A stretch of DNA of 36,723 nt, from contig CAZKLP010000004.1 of assembly GCA_964553885.1 (NCBI GenBank), positions 1-36,723 on the forward strand, read 5' to 3'. How positions within the stretch are numbered: position 1 is the stretch's first letter; every line of letters starts with the position of its first letter. Source of the stretch: an uncultured Candidatus Saccharibacteria bacterium. GTDB lineage: Bacteria; Patescibacteriota; Minisyncoccia; UBA10092. Below, one piece after another: positions 7,508-16,410 of this stretch. Position numbers and translations under genes: made by a program. The notes under the pieces were generated by a model that worked only from the letters and a program-made list of their open reading frames with translations, ran no database searches and was not told the origin of the DNA.

Positions 7508-7600
7508 AATAATATTAAGATTTTAAAATTGTAGGTGGGGTCGTGCCGTCCCGCCGCAGGCGGGATGGGGCTACGATAATTTTAAAATTTTAATATTATT
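7508..7600. repeat. Composite hairpin: 23-bp AT-rich inverted repeat enclosing a GC-rich core
   Basis: The arms 7508-7530 and 7578-7600 match at 22 of 23 positions. The core contains tcccgcc-gcag-gcggga. The right arm overlaps the last codons and stop of the presenilin-like gene. Confidence 0.7.
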
Positions 7601-8409
7601 GCCAGCGCAAACCCTAAAATCGAAAAAGCGGCCAAGGGCGGCAAGGCCGGCATTGGCCGGCGAACTTTTTGCAAACTGAATATTAGATGCATCAATAAAA
7701 GCCCGAACAAAGAAGCGGCTAAAACCGTCCAAGCCGCCGGAGCACTTACAGAGTAAGCCGAAGTCGCCATAATAATCGGGAAAACAAAATCTCCGGTGCC
7801 AAGCATCATAAAACCCTCTCCCGGATGCGCTTCATTAAGATGCGATTTAAAACCGTGCCAGTGTTCTGGATAAATCATTGCGAAAATCGCCCGACCGACA
7901 ATCATGGCCTTAGCCATTTTAACCATATGTTTTGTTTTGTAAACCGCGATATAGTCATAAACTGACATAAAAATCAAAAGAATTACCACAACGTAAGGAC
8001 TTAAAGAGGCGCCAAGTACTGCCGCAATGCCGGGCAAGGTTAAAATTAAAATTAAATTATGAAACCAGACATACGGATAAAAACTGTAAATCGCCACTAA
8101 AAGTAATGAAAAAACTAAAGACCAAATATCATTTAAGAAAATATTTAACGTTATCAATGTTCCGGAAAATAACGCCAAAAGAAAAAAGATCCGCAAAAAA
8201 AGACCGCCGTGCATAATACGAATCAAACCCAAAATAACTGCCGTGCCGATGCCGAAAGCCAGTAAAAACTGCCACCAGGAAATAGGCGCTTTTGAAATTT
8301 CTCCAAATTCATAAATTTTAGCGGCGGAAAAAATACTAAAAATTCCGATCAGAAAAAAAGAGACAAATTCTTGTAAAAATATTTTTAAATTTAGATTGTG
8401 TGAAAGCAT
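7582..8409 (-). CDS. Presenilin/signal-peptide-peptidase-like intramembrane aspartyl protease (A22 family)
   Basis: Polytopic membrane protein with SVYDYIAVY (YD), MLGTGDFVFP (GxGD) and PALPPL (PAL) in canonical order. The ORF-track start at 8496 was trimmed to the ATG at 8409 because upstream codons overlap tRNA-Glu. Confidence 0.75.
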   Translation of the reverse strand: MLSHNLNLKIFLQEFVSFFLIGIFSIFSAAKIYEFGEISKAPISWWQFLLAFGIGTAVILGLIRIMHGGLFLRIFFLLALFSGTLITLNIFLNDIWSLVFSLLLVAIYSFYPYVWFHNLILILTLPGIAAVLGASLSPYVVVILLIFMSVYDYIAVYKTKHMVKMAKAMIVGRAIFAMIYPEHWHGFKSHLNEAHPGEGFMMLGTGDFVFPIIMATSAYSVSAPAAWTVLAASLFGLLLMHLIFSLQKVRRPMPALPPLAAFSILGFALAIILKF

Positions 8410-8417
8410 ATGTTTTG

Positions 8418-8492
8418 TACCGCCACCGGGATTTGAACCCGGGTTCCAGCGTTGAGAACGCCGTGTCCTAGACCGGGCTAGACGATAGCGGC
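8418..8492 (-). tRNA. tRNA-Glu (anticodon CUC)
   Basis: Hand-folded cloverleaf: acceptor GCCGCTA/TGGCGGT with two G-U pairs, D arm GTCT..GGAC, anticodon loop TTCTCAA, T arm CCGGG-TTCAAAT-CCCGG. CCA is not encoded. Confidence 0.8.
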
Positions 8493-8545
8493 CCAATTAT
8501 ATTTCCTTATATTATACTCCATTAAAAAACTATTTAACAATAAAT

Positions 8546-8564
8546 AAAGCCCCCAAGGGGCTTT
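8546..8564 (-). terminator. Hairpin plus T-run after the phosphorylase gene
   Basis: aaagcccc-caa-ggggcttt immediately after the stop at 8565. Confidence 0.65.
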
Positions 8565-10205
8565 TTAATCCTTATAAAGCAATTTCTGATATTCAGAAAC
8601 CATTCTATCGGATGTAAAATATTTTTCAACTTCAAGTTTCGCGGCCAAAGTTTTTTTATACCACGCTTCCTTGTCTCCATAAAAAAGAGGCATTACAACT
8701 GTTTCAAGGCAACGTTTTAACTCTTCGGCATCAAAAGAATCTTGATCGCCTCCCGGAATTTGAGTGCCAAATGGAAAGAAATTTTCCGGATCGGCTTCGC
8801 ACTGCCAACCGTCAACTACGGACAAATTAAGCGCGCCGTTCATGGCGGCTGACATCCCCGAAGTGCCGCTGGCTTCCAAAGGAAAACGCGGATTATTTAG
8901 CCAAACATCGGCTCCGGCTTTAAGCAATTTACTAAGCCAAAGCTCGTAACCGGCAAGCACGACCATATTCGGAAGTTCGTAACTCGCGCAGAGAAGCCGA
9001 TTGAAAGCGTGAATCATGTTATCATCGTCGGGATGCGGCTTGCCGGCATAAATTATCTGCAATTTATTTTCCCTTAGTTGTGATTTAATCCATTCCGATT
9101 TTTTCTGGTTAAAATTATAAAAAAGAAGATGCGGGCGCTTGTATTCGGCAAATCGTCTGGCCCAGACAATAGTTAAAACGTTTTCGCTCAAACACCGCCC
9201 AGTTTTCTCCATAATATATTGTGTCATCTCTCTTTTGTGTTTGAGTTTTGCTTCTTCCATTTCTTTGGAAGCGGCGGCGGTTCCAAAATCTTCACACTGC
9301 CAATAGTCGCGGCTAACGCCATTGGTAATAGCTATAATCCGTTTGGTAACACTGCTGCTATTCACCCAATGCCAAAGCTTTTGCGTTGTTTTTAGATGTT
9401 CTTTAGAAACGGCATTGGCCTTTTTGGAAAGCCGCAAACAAGCAGCCGTCATATTGAAAGGATCGCCTCCAATTTTTATAAGCGTTTCTTCGTCAAAAAA
9501 TTTGTCGTAGCCGCCTATTCTTATTACCGAACTGACGCTGTACTCCGGATTGCCCTCGCGTACCGGCGTGTGCGTTGTAAATACGAACTTTGACTTAGCA
9601 TACTCAACTGCTTCGCGAAAAATTTTTCCTTCTTTAATCGCCTCTTGTATCAATTCTATCGGAACAAAAGCGGTATAGCTTTCGTTGCCGTGATATTTTG
9701 AAACAGAAATATGAAGACGTTTCAGCGCTTCAATGCCCCCGCGCGCAAGCAGCAATGATTGCGCAATTTTTCTTTCAAGATTAGCGCCAGAATCGCGGGA
9801 ACCGCCGTACAGCTGTATTGTGTTTAATCGCGAAATATGGTCATTAGGATCAATATCGGCATCAAGAAACAAAGTTTGCGCCGCGCCGAATTTCCCTTCC
9901 GGTAAGCGCCACACTTCAACCCAAACCGGTGAAGAACAAATATTAACAGTGAACTTAATGCCCGTTCTTTCAAGAACACCATCGTAATAACGGTTGATAT
10001 ATCTGATCCCCATAGAACCATTATCAATAACCTGATCATAATAACCTTGCCTCGGGAGAATTGTTATGCCGACTACCGGCAAGCCAAGTTTGCGTGCGGA
10101 CCTTAGAAAATCTCCGCTGACAACGCCCAGTCCTCCGCTATAAGTATGCAAGTCCTCATCAAGCGCGACTTCAGGAGTAAAAAATGCGATCATATCCTTT
10201 TCCAT
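8565..10205 (-). CDS. Alpha-glucan phosphorylase family (GT35, short archaeal/bacterial type) with the PLP lysine replaced
   Basis: YSGGLGVVSGDFLRSARKLGLPVVGI and PLEASGTSGMSAAMNGALNLSVVDGW. The expected GMK lysine is Ser (TCA, complement of 8850-8852). Confidence 0.8.
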   Translation of the reverse strand: MEKDMIAFFTPEVALDEDLHTYSGGLGVVSGDFLRSARKLGLPVVGITILPRQGYYDQVIDNGSMGIRYINRYYDGVLERTGIKFTVNICSSPVWVEVWRLPEGKFGAAQTLFLDADIDPNDHISRLNTIQLYGGSRDSGANLERKIAQSLLLARGGIEALKRLHISVSKYHGNESYTAFVPIELIQEAIKEGKIFREAVEYAKSKFVFTTHTPVREGNPEYSVSSVIRIGGYDKFFDEETLIKIGGDPFNMTAACLRLSKKANAVSKEHLKTTQKLWHWVNSSSVTKRIIAITNGVSRDYWQCEDFGTAAASKEMEEAKLKHKREMTQYIMEKTGRCLSENVLTIVWARRFAEYKRPHLLFYNFNQKKSEWIKSQLRENKLQIIYAGKPHPDDDNMIHAFNRLLCASYELPNMVVLAGYELWLSKLLKAGADVWLNNPRFPLEASGTSGMSAAMNGALNLSVVDGWQCEADPENFFPFGTQIPGGDQDSFDAEELKRCLETVVMPLFYGDKEAWYKKTLAAKLEVEKYFTSDRMVSEYQKLLYKD

Positions 10206-10301
10206 TTGAGCAACCTTTTGTATTTATATTTTTAAATAACAATTGAAATTAAAATACAATATTACAACAATATTGTCAATTCTGGAAAAAATAATAATTT
10301 T

Positions 10302-11036
10302 GTGTCATTATTCAGCTTAATGAACTCTCAAAAAACATTGGTTTTTCTCCACGGCTGGGGCGCTACAGCAAAAATATTTGAACCAATTATTTATTTGCTA
10401 AAAAACTTAGTCTATTCGGCTGAAGAAAATTTAGAAATTATTGCTTTAGACTTACCCGGTTTTGGCAATACTCCAATAGAAAAAGTGACGACTTTAAAAG
10501 ATTACGCTGATTTTATTTATGAATTTTTAAGAAAAAATAAAATAGAAGAACCGATAATAATCGGACATTCTTTTGGCGGCGCGGTGGCGGCAAAATTAGC
10601 ACTGTTTTATCCGGAGAATATTTCAAAATTAGTCTTGGTTTCCGCCAGCGCCGTTCGTCAGCCGCGCCGCAAAATTGTTTTATTCAAAAAAATAGCGGAT
10701 ATTTTAAAGCCGCTGTTGCCGGAAAAATTCAGGAGATTCACTTTAAAATTATTAAAATATGATAAAAGCGATTACGCTCAAATTAAAAGTCTAGAACTTA
10801 AAGAAACATTCAAAAAAGTTATCAACGAAGATTTAACGCCCAACTTATCTCAAGTAAAATCGCCAACTCTTGTTATCTGGGGAGAAAACGACGCCATAAC
10901 TCCTCTTAGAGAAGGCGAACTTATAGCCAAGACAATTCCCGGCGCTAAACTGGCTGTCATAAAAAATGCCGGTCATTTTGTATTTTTAGAAAAACCGGAA
11001 GAATTTACTAAATTGATAAAAGATTTTATTAAATAA
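10302..11036 (+). CDS. Alpha/beta-fold hydrolase
   Basis: LVFLHGWG, nucleophile elbow GHSFGG, C-terminal NAGHFVFLEKP. The start is either GTG 10302 or ATG 10320. Confidence 0.8.
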   Translation: MSLFSLMNSQKTLVFLHGWGATAKIFEPIIYLLKNLVYSAEENLEIIALDLPGFGNTPIEKVTTLKDYADFIYEFLRKNKIEEPIIIGHSFGGAVAAKLALFYPENISKLVLVSASAVRQPRRKIVLFKKIADILKPLLPEKFRRFTLKLLKYDKSDYAQIKSLELKETFKKVINEDLTPNLSQVKSPTLVIWGENDAITPLREGELIAKTIPGAKLAVIKNAGHFVFLEKPEEFTKLIKDFIK

Positions 11037-11040
11037 TATT

Positions 11041-11078
11041 TGTACCATAACCATTGCTATAGCATAAGTTAGGGTACA
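11041..11078. terminator. 38-nt hairpin after the hydrolase gene, with no T-run
   Basis: tgtaccataac..ttgctatagca..gttagggtaca. Its apex ttgctatagca is identical to the apex of the palindrome at 17037-17070. Confidence 0.35.
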
Positions 11079-11128
11079 ATGGAAAATTTCACATCAATAA
11101 ATTTCGTACAGAAAAAAACGGAAAAAAT

Positions 11129-12355
11129 ATGAATTCAACTCGCAATCTTTTATATCTTCTTCAGCTTGAAGAATATGATTTAAAACGCTTTAATGCTTGG
11201 TTAAAAAATAATCCCGGCCGCGTTGTTTTAGAAAAAAAAAGGAGAATTGACTGGACACTGAAAGCGCGACTAATTTTCATTATGTCCGGATTTTTTAGTA
11301 TTTTTACAAATGGACCAATGGCGATTAGAACGGCAACAAAAGTTTTGTCGCCAGTTGATGCTTTGGCCAAAAAAATTTTAGTGTTTCTGGCAAATCATAA
11401 AATAAATAAAATATCCGGCTTAACCGTTATTGGCATAACCGGCTCTTACGGAAAAACGACAACCAAAAACGCAATCGCACATGTATTAATACATAAATAT
11501 AAAACGCTAAAAACCGAAGGAAATTATAATACGCCTTTAGGTATCGCCAAAACCATTCTCCGAAATCTCCGGAAAAATCACGAGATTTTTGTCTGCGAAA
11601 TGGCCGCTTACCAAATTGGAGACATTAAAGCAATATCGGAATTAATAAAACCAGAAATTGGAATAGTTACTGCCGTCGGCCCAATGCATCTTGAAAGATT
11701 TGGTTCAGAAGAAAATATTCTAAAAACAAAGTTAGAACTTATTGAGTCGCTTCCAGAAAAAGGCATTGGTTTTCTGCCTAAAGAGTTAGAACCTCAATTA
11801 TCCAAATACTACCATAATCCAAATTATGGGAGTAAATGTAAAATAGAATTTTTTTCTTCAAAAGAAGAATTGATTATAAAAATCGGAAAATTTTTTGATA
11901 TGACGGAAGAAGAAATTTTTGGATATATTAAAACCGCGCCGCCAACTCCCCATCGGCAACAGATTATTAAAACTTCGGCCGGCATTACGATTATTGACGA
12001 TACTTATAATTCCAATCCGGCCGGATTTAATTCGGCTTTAGAACTTCTGAAAAACACTCCGGCACAAAGAAGAATTCTGGTTACGCCGGGGATGATTGAA
12101 CTTGGCAAAAAACAATTTGAATTAAATAAAGAAGCGGCGCGAAGCGCCGCAAAAATCGCCGACTATATAATCATAGTCGGCGAAACAAACAAAAAAGCGC
12201 TTAGAGAAGGATTGAAAGAAGTTTATGGGAACGATTATATTTCTAAAGTTTATGAAGTGATTGATTTAGACGCGGCCAAATCAAAACTTTCCGAACTCAC
12301 AATCCCCAATTCTGCAATTTTACTGGAAAACGACCTTCCCGATCATTATTTTTAA
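11129..12355 (+). CDS. murF: Mur ligase, MurF-like (UDP-MurNAc-tripeptide--D-Ala-D-Ala ligase)
   Basis: GITGSYGKTTTK P-loop and DDTYNSNP. Convergent with ddl. The N-terminal ~90 aa are atypical. Confidence 0.75.
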   Translation: MNSTRNLLYLLQLEEYDLKRFNAWLKNNPGRVVLEKKRRIDWTLKARLIFIMSGFFSIFTNGPMAIRTATKVLSPVDALAKKILVFLANHKINKISGLTVIGITGSYGKTTTKNAIAHVLIHKYKTLKTEGNYNTPLGIAKTILRNLRKNHEIFVCEMAAYQIGDIKAISELIKPEIGIVTAVGPMHLERFGSEENILKTKLELIESLPEKGIGFLPKELEPQLSKYYHNPNYGSKCKIEFFSSKEELIIKIGKFFDMTEEEIFGYIKTAPPTPHRQQIIKTSAGITIIDDTYNSNPAGFNSALELLKNTPAQRRILVTPGMIELGKKQFELNKEAARSAAKIADYIIIVGETNKKALREGLKEVYGNDYISKVYEVIDLDAAKSKLSELTIPNSAILLENDLPDHYF

Positions 12356-13530
12356 CGCTTAGCGCCGCCGACTTTTGAAATCAAATTGGAATCGTAACTG
12401 AAAGTCAGTTCTTGGCGTTTTTTGTGGCATTCGAAGCCAAGATTTATAAGCCGGTCTAACAATTCACTAAAACTAACCCCGGATTTTTCCCAGAGATAAA
12501 AAGATAAAGAACCCGGTAGAGTATTTATTTCAGTTATCCAAAAATCTTCGGTATCGAGACGAACCATAAAATCAACGCGGGCAATGCCCGCGGCATCAAT
12601 CGCCCAAAACGCTTTTTTTGCCGTTTCCTGAATTTTTTTAGTCAGTTCTTCGCTTATCGGCGCCGGCACAAATCGCGACAAACCAGCCATGCCTTTAATT
12701 TTGCCATCTTTCAAGTATTTATCTTCATAAGAAAGCATTTGTTCGCCTTTTATCGGCTGTTCGCAAACCGAGGCGATTAGTTCGTCGTTGCCCATCACCG
12801 AACAATTGATTTCAATAATTCCCTCTTTTCCCTCTTCAACAATAATCCGCCTGTCAAAACTGGAAGCGATTTCTATAGCGCTTTCCAGTTCTTTCAAGCC
12901 AGCGGCTTTGTTTATGGCAATACTTGAGCCTAAATTTGCCGGCTTAACAAAAACCGGATAACCAAGAGTTTCTTCAATATGTTTGATAATTCTGATCTTG
13001 TCGTTTTGCCATTCGTTTTTTAAAAACCAAACGTACTTCACAACCGGAATGTTATTATCTTTAAAAGCCGATTTTTGAATAATTTTATCCATGCCGACAG
13101 CCGAACCAGTAACGCCGCTTCCGATATAAGGAACGTCTGCCATTTCAAATATGCCTTGAATCGTCCCATCTTCACCATACGTGCCGTGAATAACGGGAAA
13201 ATAAATATCGGCTTTGATACTCTTAAAAAATTTAAACGCCGATTTCGGCGAAAGCGCTTTACTGCTTGGCGACGCTTCAAAAAAATATTCCTGCGCTTTT
13301 ATAGACGAATTCTTCCAGCCAGAGGCTGGTCCGCCTTTGGCGGAAAAACTCTCAATTTTCCCGAGCTTTTCATCAACCAGCCAGCGCCCTTTCTTATCTA
13401 TATAAACCGGAATAATATCATATTTATCGCGATTTATATTTTCAAAAACCTGCATCGCCGTCACAATAGAAACTTCATGCTCTACCGAGCGACTTCCGAA
13501 CACTATTGCGACTTTTAGTTTATTTGCCAT
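12352..13530 (-). CDS. ddl: D-alanine--D-alanine ligase
   Basis: KVAIVFGSRSVEHEVSIVTA, HGTYGEDGTIQG, ATP-grasp C-terminal half. Longer than usual, with an extra segment around SFSAKGGPASGWK. Confidence 0.92.
   Translation of the reverse strand: MANKLKVAIVFGSRSVEHEVSIVTAMQVFENINRDKYDIIPVYIDKKGRWLVDEKLGKIESFSAKGGPASGWKNSSIKAQEYFFEASPSSKALSPKSAFKFFKSIKADIYFPVIHGTYGEDGTIQGIFEMADVPYIGSGVTGSAVGMDKIIQKSAFKDNNIPVVKYVWFLKNEWQNDKIRIIKHIEETLGYPVFVKPANLGSSIAINKAAGLKELESAIEIASSFDRRIIVEEGKEGIIEINCSVMGNDELIASVCEQPIKGEQMLSYEDKYLKDGKIKGMAGLSRFVPAPISEELTKKIQETAKKAFWAIDAAGIARVDFMVRLDTEDFWITEINTLPGSLSFYLWEKSGVSFSELLDRLINLGFECHKKRQELTFSYDSNLISKVGGAKR
13312..13348 (-). repeat. GC-rich twin-hairpin mini-element, copy Y (inside ddl)
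   Basis: Minus strand reads tttttccgccaaaggcggaccagcctctggctggaag. It forms two perfect 6-bp hairpins, tccgcc-aaa-ggcgga and ccagcc-tct-ggctgg. Confidence 0.85.
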
Positions 13531-13550
13531 ATCAATGGATTATATGCGCT

Positions 13551-15197
13551 TTACCGCTGATTTTCAACAGGTTTGTCAGGCGGTATTTGCAAATAACTGA
13601 AAATAAACTCGGCTAAACCCTTAAACGCCGGCACCACCGTACCTTCGGCAAAACGGACGCCCTTGGGATTATCAATTTTAATCAAGACAATAAATTTCGG
13701 ATCATAAGCCGGCGCGAAAGCCACAAAAGTGTGGATATATTCATCTAAATACGGCCCTCCTTTTAAATTAGGCACCTGGGCCGTGCCGGTTTTGCCGGCA
13801 ATGGTATAACCCTTAACTTGAGCGCTTCGGCCGCTGCCGTTTTCAACTACTTTAATCATCATATTTATCAGCTTGGCCGAAGTTTCGGAAGAAATTATTT
13901 GTTTTTCCGGCTCATCTTTTACTTCGTAATTTTTTCCATTATGATATACGATTTTTTTTACCAAACGCGGTTTAATTAACTTACCGCCATTAGCGATAAC
14001 CGCGAGCGCCCTGATAAGTTCTATCGGCGTCATTGCCACTCCTTGTCCGAAAGAAGCGGTAGCGAAGTTGATATCCCTCATATTTTTTAAGACCGATAAA
14101 TCACCGGCGGTTTCAGCAACGTCAATGCCGGTTTTACTGTCAATGCCAAAATCCTTTAAGTATTTGAGAAAAACATCTTTAGAAACTTTTTGCTCCACAA
14201 AAACAGCGCCAGTATTTAATGATTGTTCCAACACCTTTGTCATCGTCTGCCAGCCCAAAACCGCGTTCGGAATGGAATTAGAAATAACTCTATCCGCGAC
14301 TTTAACAGTTCCTGTATTATAATATTCTGTTTCCGGACTGACGGCACCGGTTTCAATGCCAATGGCCATAGTTATAGGTTTAAAAACTGAACCGGGTTCA
14401 TAGCGTTTTAGAGTTGCCGAATTTGTAAAAAAGTCCGGATTTTTAACCGAGAAATAATTATTGGCGTCAAAATCCGGAAAGGAAGCCATCGCTAAAATAC
14501 TGCCGTCTTTAGGGTTCATTACAATAACGGATCCACTATCAGCTTTCCAATCATTTACAACCTTAAATAGTAAAGTTCCGGCTTGGGATTGAATTGCCGA
14601 ATCAACCGTTAAAATCAAATCGGCACTAGTGATCAATCCTGTCAATTCTTTATCGTAATATTCTTCAAGCCCGTATTGGCCGCTTTGGCCATTTTTATTA
14701 AAACCTAAAAATCCAATAACATGAGAAAGATAAAGACCTTCGGGATAATATCTTAAGGTTTCATCATCAACGCCAATGCCAGTTTCATTTAAATTTTTAA
14801 TGATACCAACAGTTTCTTCCGAAACTCTCTTTTTTAAAATTTCGTAAGGATCGCCGGTTTTAGATAACTTTTCAATTAATGTCTCTTTGCTTAGTTCCAA
14901 AATTGGAGTCAGTTTACCCGCCAAGATTTCTGGTTCCTTTATTTTCGCTGGTACGGCGTAAACAAGCGGGAATTCCTTATTTAAAGCCGCGGCGTAAGGC
15001 AAGGCGTCTTTATCGGTTAAAAAAATACTGCCACGGGGAGCAGCGCTATTACTAGCAGCGCTTAAAATCTTTGCCTTAGCCAAATAATATTCATGGCGAA
15101 TAACGGAAAGATAAAAGAAGCGCCCCCAGATAAGGAGGCCTAACGATATAAAGATGATGAGTAAAATTAAAATCCTGTTTTCAATGTTTTGTTTCAT
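13551..15197 (-). CDS. ftsI: Penicillin-binding protein 2 / FtsI-type transpeptidase
   Basis: N-terminal TM anchor, SVFKP (SxxK) and KTGTA motifs, dcw-cluster context. Confidence 0.9.
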   Translation of the reverse strand: MKQNIENRILILLIIFISLGLLIWGRFFYLSVIRHEYYLAKAKILSAASNSAAPRGSIFLTDKDALPYAAALNKEFPLVYAVPAKIKEPEILAGKLTPILELSKETLIEKLSKTGDPYEILKKRVSEETVGIIKNLNETGIGVDDETLRYYPEGLYLSHVIGFLGFNKNGQSGQYGLEEYYDKELTGLITSADLILTVDSAIQSQAGTLLFKVVNDWKADSGSVIVMNPKDGSILAMASFPDFDANNYFSVKNPDFFTNSATLKRYEPGSVFKPITMAIGIETGAVSPETEYYNTGTVKVADRVISNSIPNAVLGWQTMTKVLEQSLNTGAVFVEQKVSKDVFLKYLKDFGIDSKTGIDVAETAGDLSVLKNMRDINFATASFGQGVAMTPIELIRALAVIANGGKLIKPRLVKKIVYHNGKNYEVKDEPEKQIISSETSAKLINMMIKVVENGSGRSAQVKGYTIAGKTGTAQVPNLKGGPYLDEYIHTFVAFAPAYDPKFIVLIKIDNPKGVRFAEGTVVPAFKGLAEFIFSYLQIPPDKPVENQR

Positions 15198-15508
15198 TAT
15201 TCATTTTTAGCAACCGGACCTGCAATTTTAATATACTGGATACTTTCATTTACCACAAGATTAAGTCTTCCCGCCGCTTCTTTTAAAAAACCAATGCTCC
15301 GTTTATCGGCTAATTCCAAGTTAAGAGTCCGGATCTCCATTCTTAAACTATCAATATATTTTTGCAGAGAAGTTTTCCGGTAATTAGCCATTGCCGCGTT
15401 ATTGGCGACAAACAAATAAACAATAACCAAAACAGTGGCAGCTAAAAGCGCGAAAATATTGATTTGTTCCGTACTTAAATTTTTATAAGCTATTTTAATC
15501 AAAGTCAT
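15197..15508 (-). CDS. FtsL-like small bitopic cell-division protein
   Basis: Single TM helix followed by a coiled-coil-like segment, positioned between rsmH and ftsI. Start trimmed to the ATG at 15508. Confidence 0.5.
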   Translation of the reverse strand: MTLIKIAYKNLSTEQINIFALLAATVLVIVYLFVANNAAMANYRKTSLQKYIDSLRMEIRTLNLELADKRSIGFLKEAAGRLNLVVNESIQYIKIAGPVAKNE

Positions 15509-16409
15509 ATGTTTTTTTCTCCCTTCGGAAGATCTCCCGTAGAGAGACAACTATTCTTAATTTCGCGCTCCGGCTTCGGGGATTAATTTTTAGTTCCATA
15601 ATTGAAGCGGTTATTGGTTTTTTATTTATTATTTTTATAATGCCTTTTTTACTTAAATTTTTTGTCCAATTTTTTATTATTCTATCTTCTAAAGAATGGA
15701 ATGAGATAAAAGCCGCGCGACCACCTTTTTTTAAAATTTCAGGAACAACCCTTAAAGCTTTTTCTATCTCGTCAAACTCTTTGTTAACCTCAATCCTTAA
15801 CGCCTGGAAAATTAGAGTCGCGGGATGAAGATGTCCCCGTCTTCTTACTGCCTTACTGATAACTTCTACCAATTCTCCGGTTGTCTTAAGGCGATTTTTT
15901 CTGCGACTTTGAACAATGGCGTGGGCAATCCGAAAAGCATATGGCTCCTCGCCCAATTTTTTAAAAATTTCCGCGAGCCCTTTTTCGTCGCATCCGTTGA
16001 TAATATCTTCGGCGGTAATTGGATTTTTAATGTCATAGCGCATGTCAAGAATTTCATCTTTAGCGAATGTGAATCCTCTGCCGGAATTTTCCAGCTGGCT
16101 GGAAGACATTCCAAAGTCAAATAATACGCCGTTCGCGAGATTAAAATTATTTTCTCCGGCAATACTCGCCAAATTGCCGAAAGAATCGTTTATAAAAAGA
16201 ACTCTGTTTTCAAACTCTCTCAGTCTGCTTCTAGCGCGGATAATTGAATCGGAATCGCGGTCTATGGCTAACAATCTGCCGTTTGGCGATGTTTTTTCTA
16301 AAATTGCCGCCGCGTGTCCGCCGTCGCCAACCGTCGCGTCAATGAAATTCTGATTCGGCTTTGGATCAAGGTACTGTATAACTTCTTTTATAAGAACTGG
16401 GGTGTGCAT
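15495..16409 (-). CDS. rsmH: 16S rRNA (cytosine1402-N4)-methyltransferase RsmH
   Basis: MHTPVLIKEV..DATVGDGGHA..DFGMSSSQLE. The ATG at 16409 follows the mraZ stop; GTG at 16427 is an alternative start. Confidence 0.92.
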   Translation of the reverse strand: MHTPVLIKEVIQYLDPKPNQNFIDATVGDGGHAAAILEKTSPNGRLLAIDRDSDSIIRARSRLREFENRVLFINDSFGNLASIAGENNFNLANGVLFDFGMSSSQLENSGRGFTFAKDEILDMRYDIKNPITAEDIINGCDEKGLAEIFKKLGEEPYAFRIAHAIVQSRRKNRLKTTGELVEVISKAVRRRGHLHPATLIFQALRIEVNKEFDEIEKALRVVPEILKKGGRAAFISFHSLEDRIIKNWTKNLSKKGIIKIINKKPITASIMELKINPRSRSAKLRIVVSLREIFRREKKTYDFD

Positions 16410-16410
16410 A

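Noticed and set aside
8410-8496. N-terminal 29 codons of track ORF 7582..8496 (MGRYRLARSRTRRSQRWNPGSNPGGGTKH).
   Set aside because: This stretch is the reverse-strand image of tRNA-Glu. The real start is the ATG at 8409. The upstream extensions of rplJ (to 19379), mraZ (to 16887), guaB (to 24045), ftsL-like (to 15550) and the PGI gene (32487) were trimmed on similar grounds.
12131-12147. Other short GC-rich hairpins inside coding regions: murF gcggcgc-gaa-gcgccgc, trmD ctggcgag-ctt-ctcgccag (25613-25631) and cgccca-tta-tgggcg (25590-25604), dnaB gccggccggc, murF aatccggccggatt.
   Set aside because: They show no sequence similarity to either repeat family. Several of them encode conserved residues, such as the TrmD WREARQS region and the DnaB Walker A. 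They cannot be distinguished from codon-driven coincidence by eye.
16085-16110. ttccagctggctggaagacattcc inside rsmH resembles the 3' half of the twin-hairpin element.
   Set aside because: It lacks the tct loop and the ggcgga half. It encodes the conserved RsmH motif GMSSSQLE, so the resemblance is explained by protein-level constraint.
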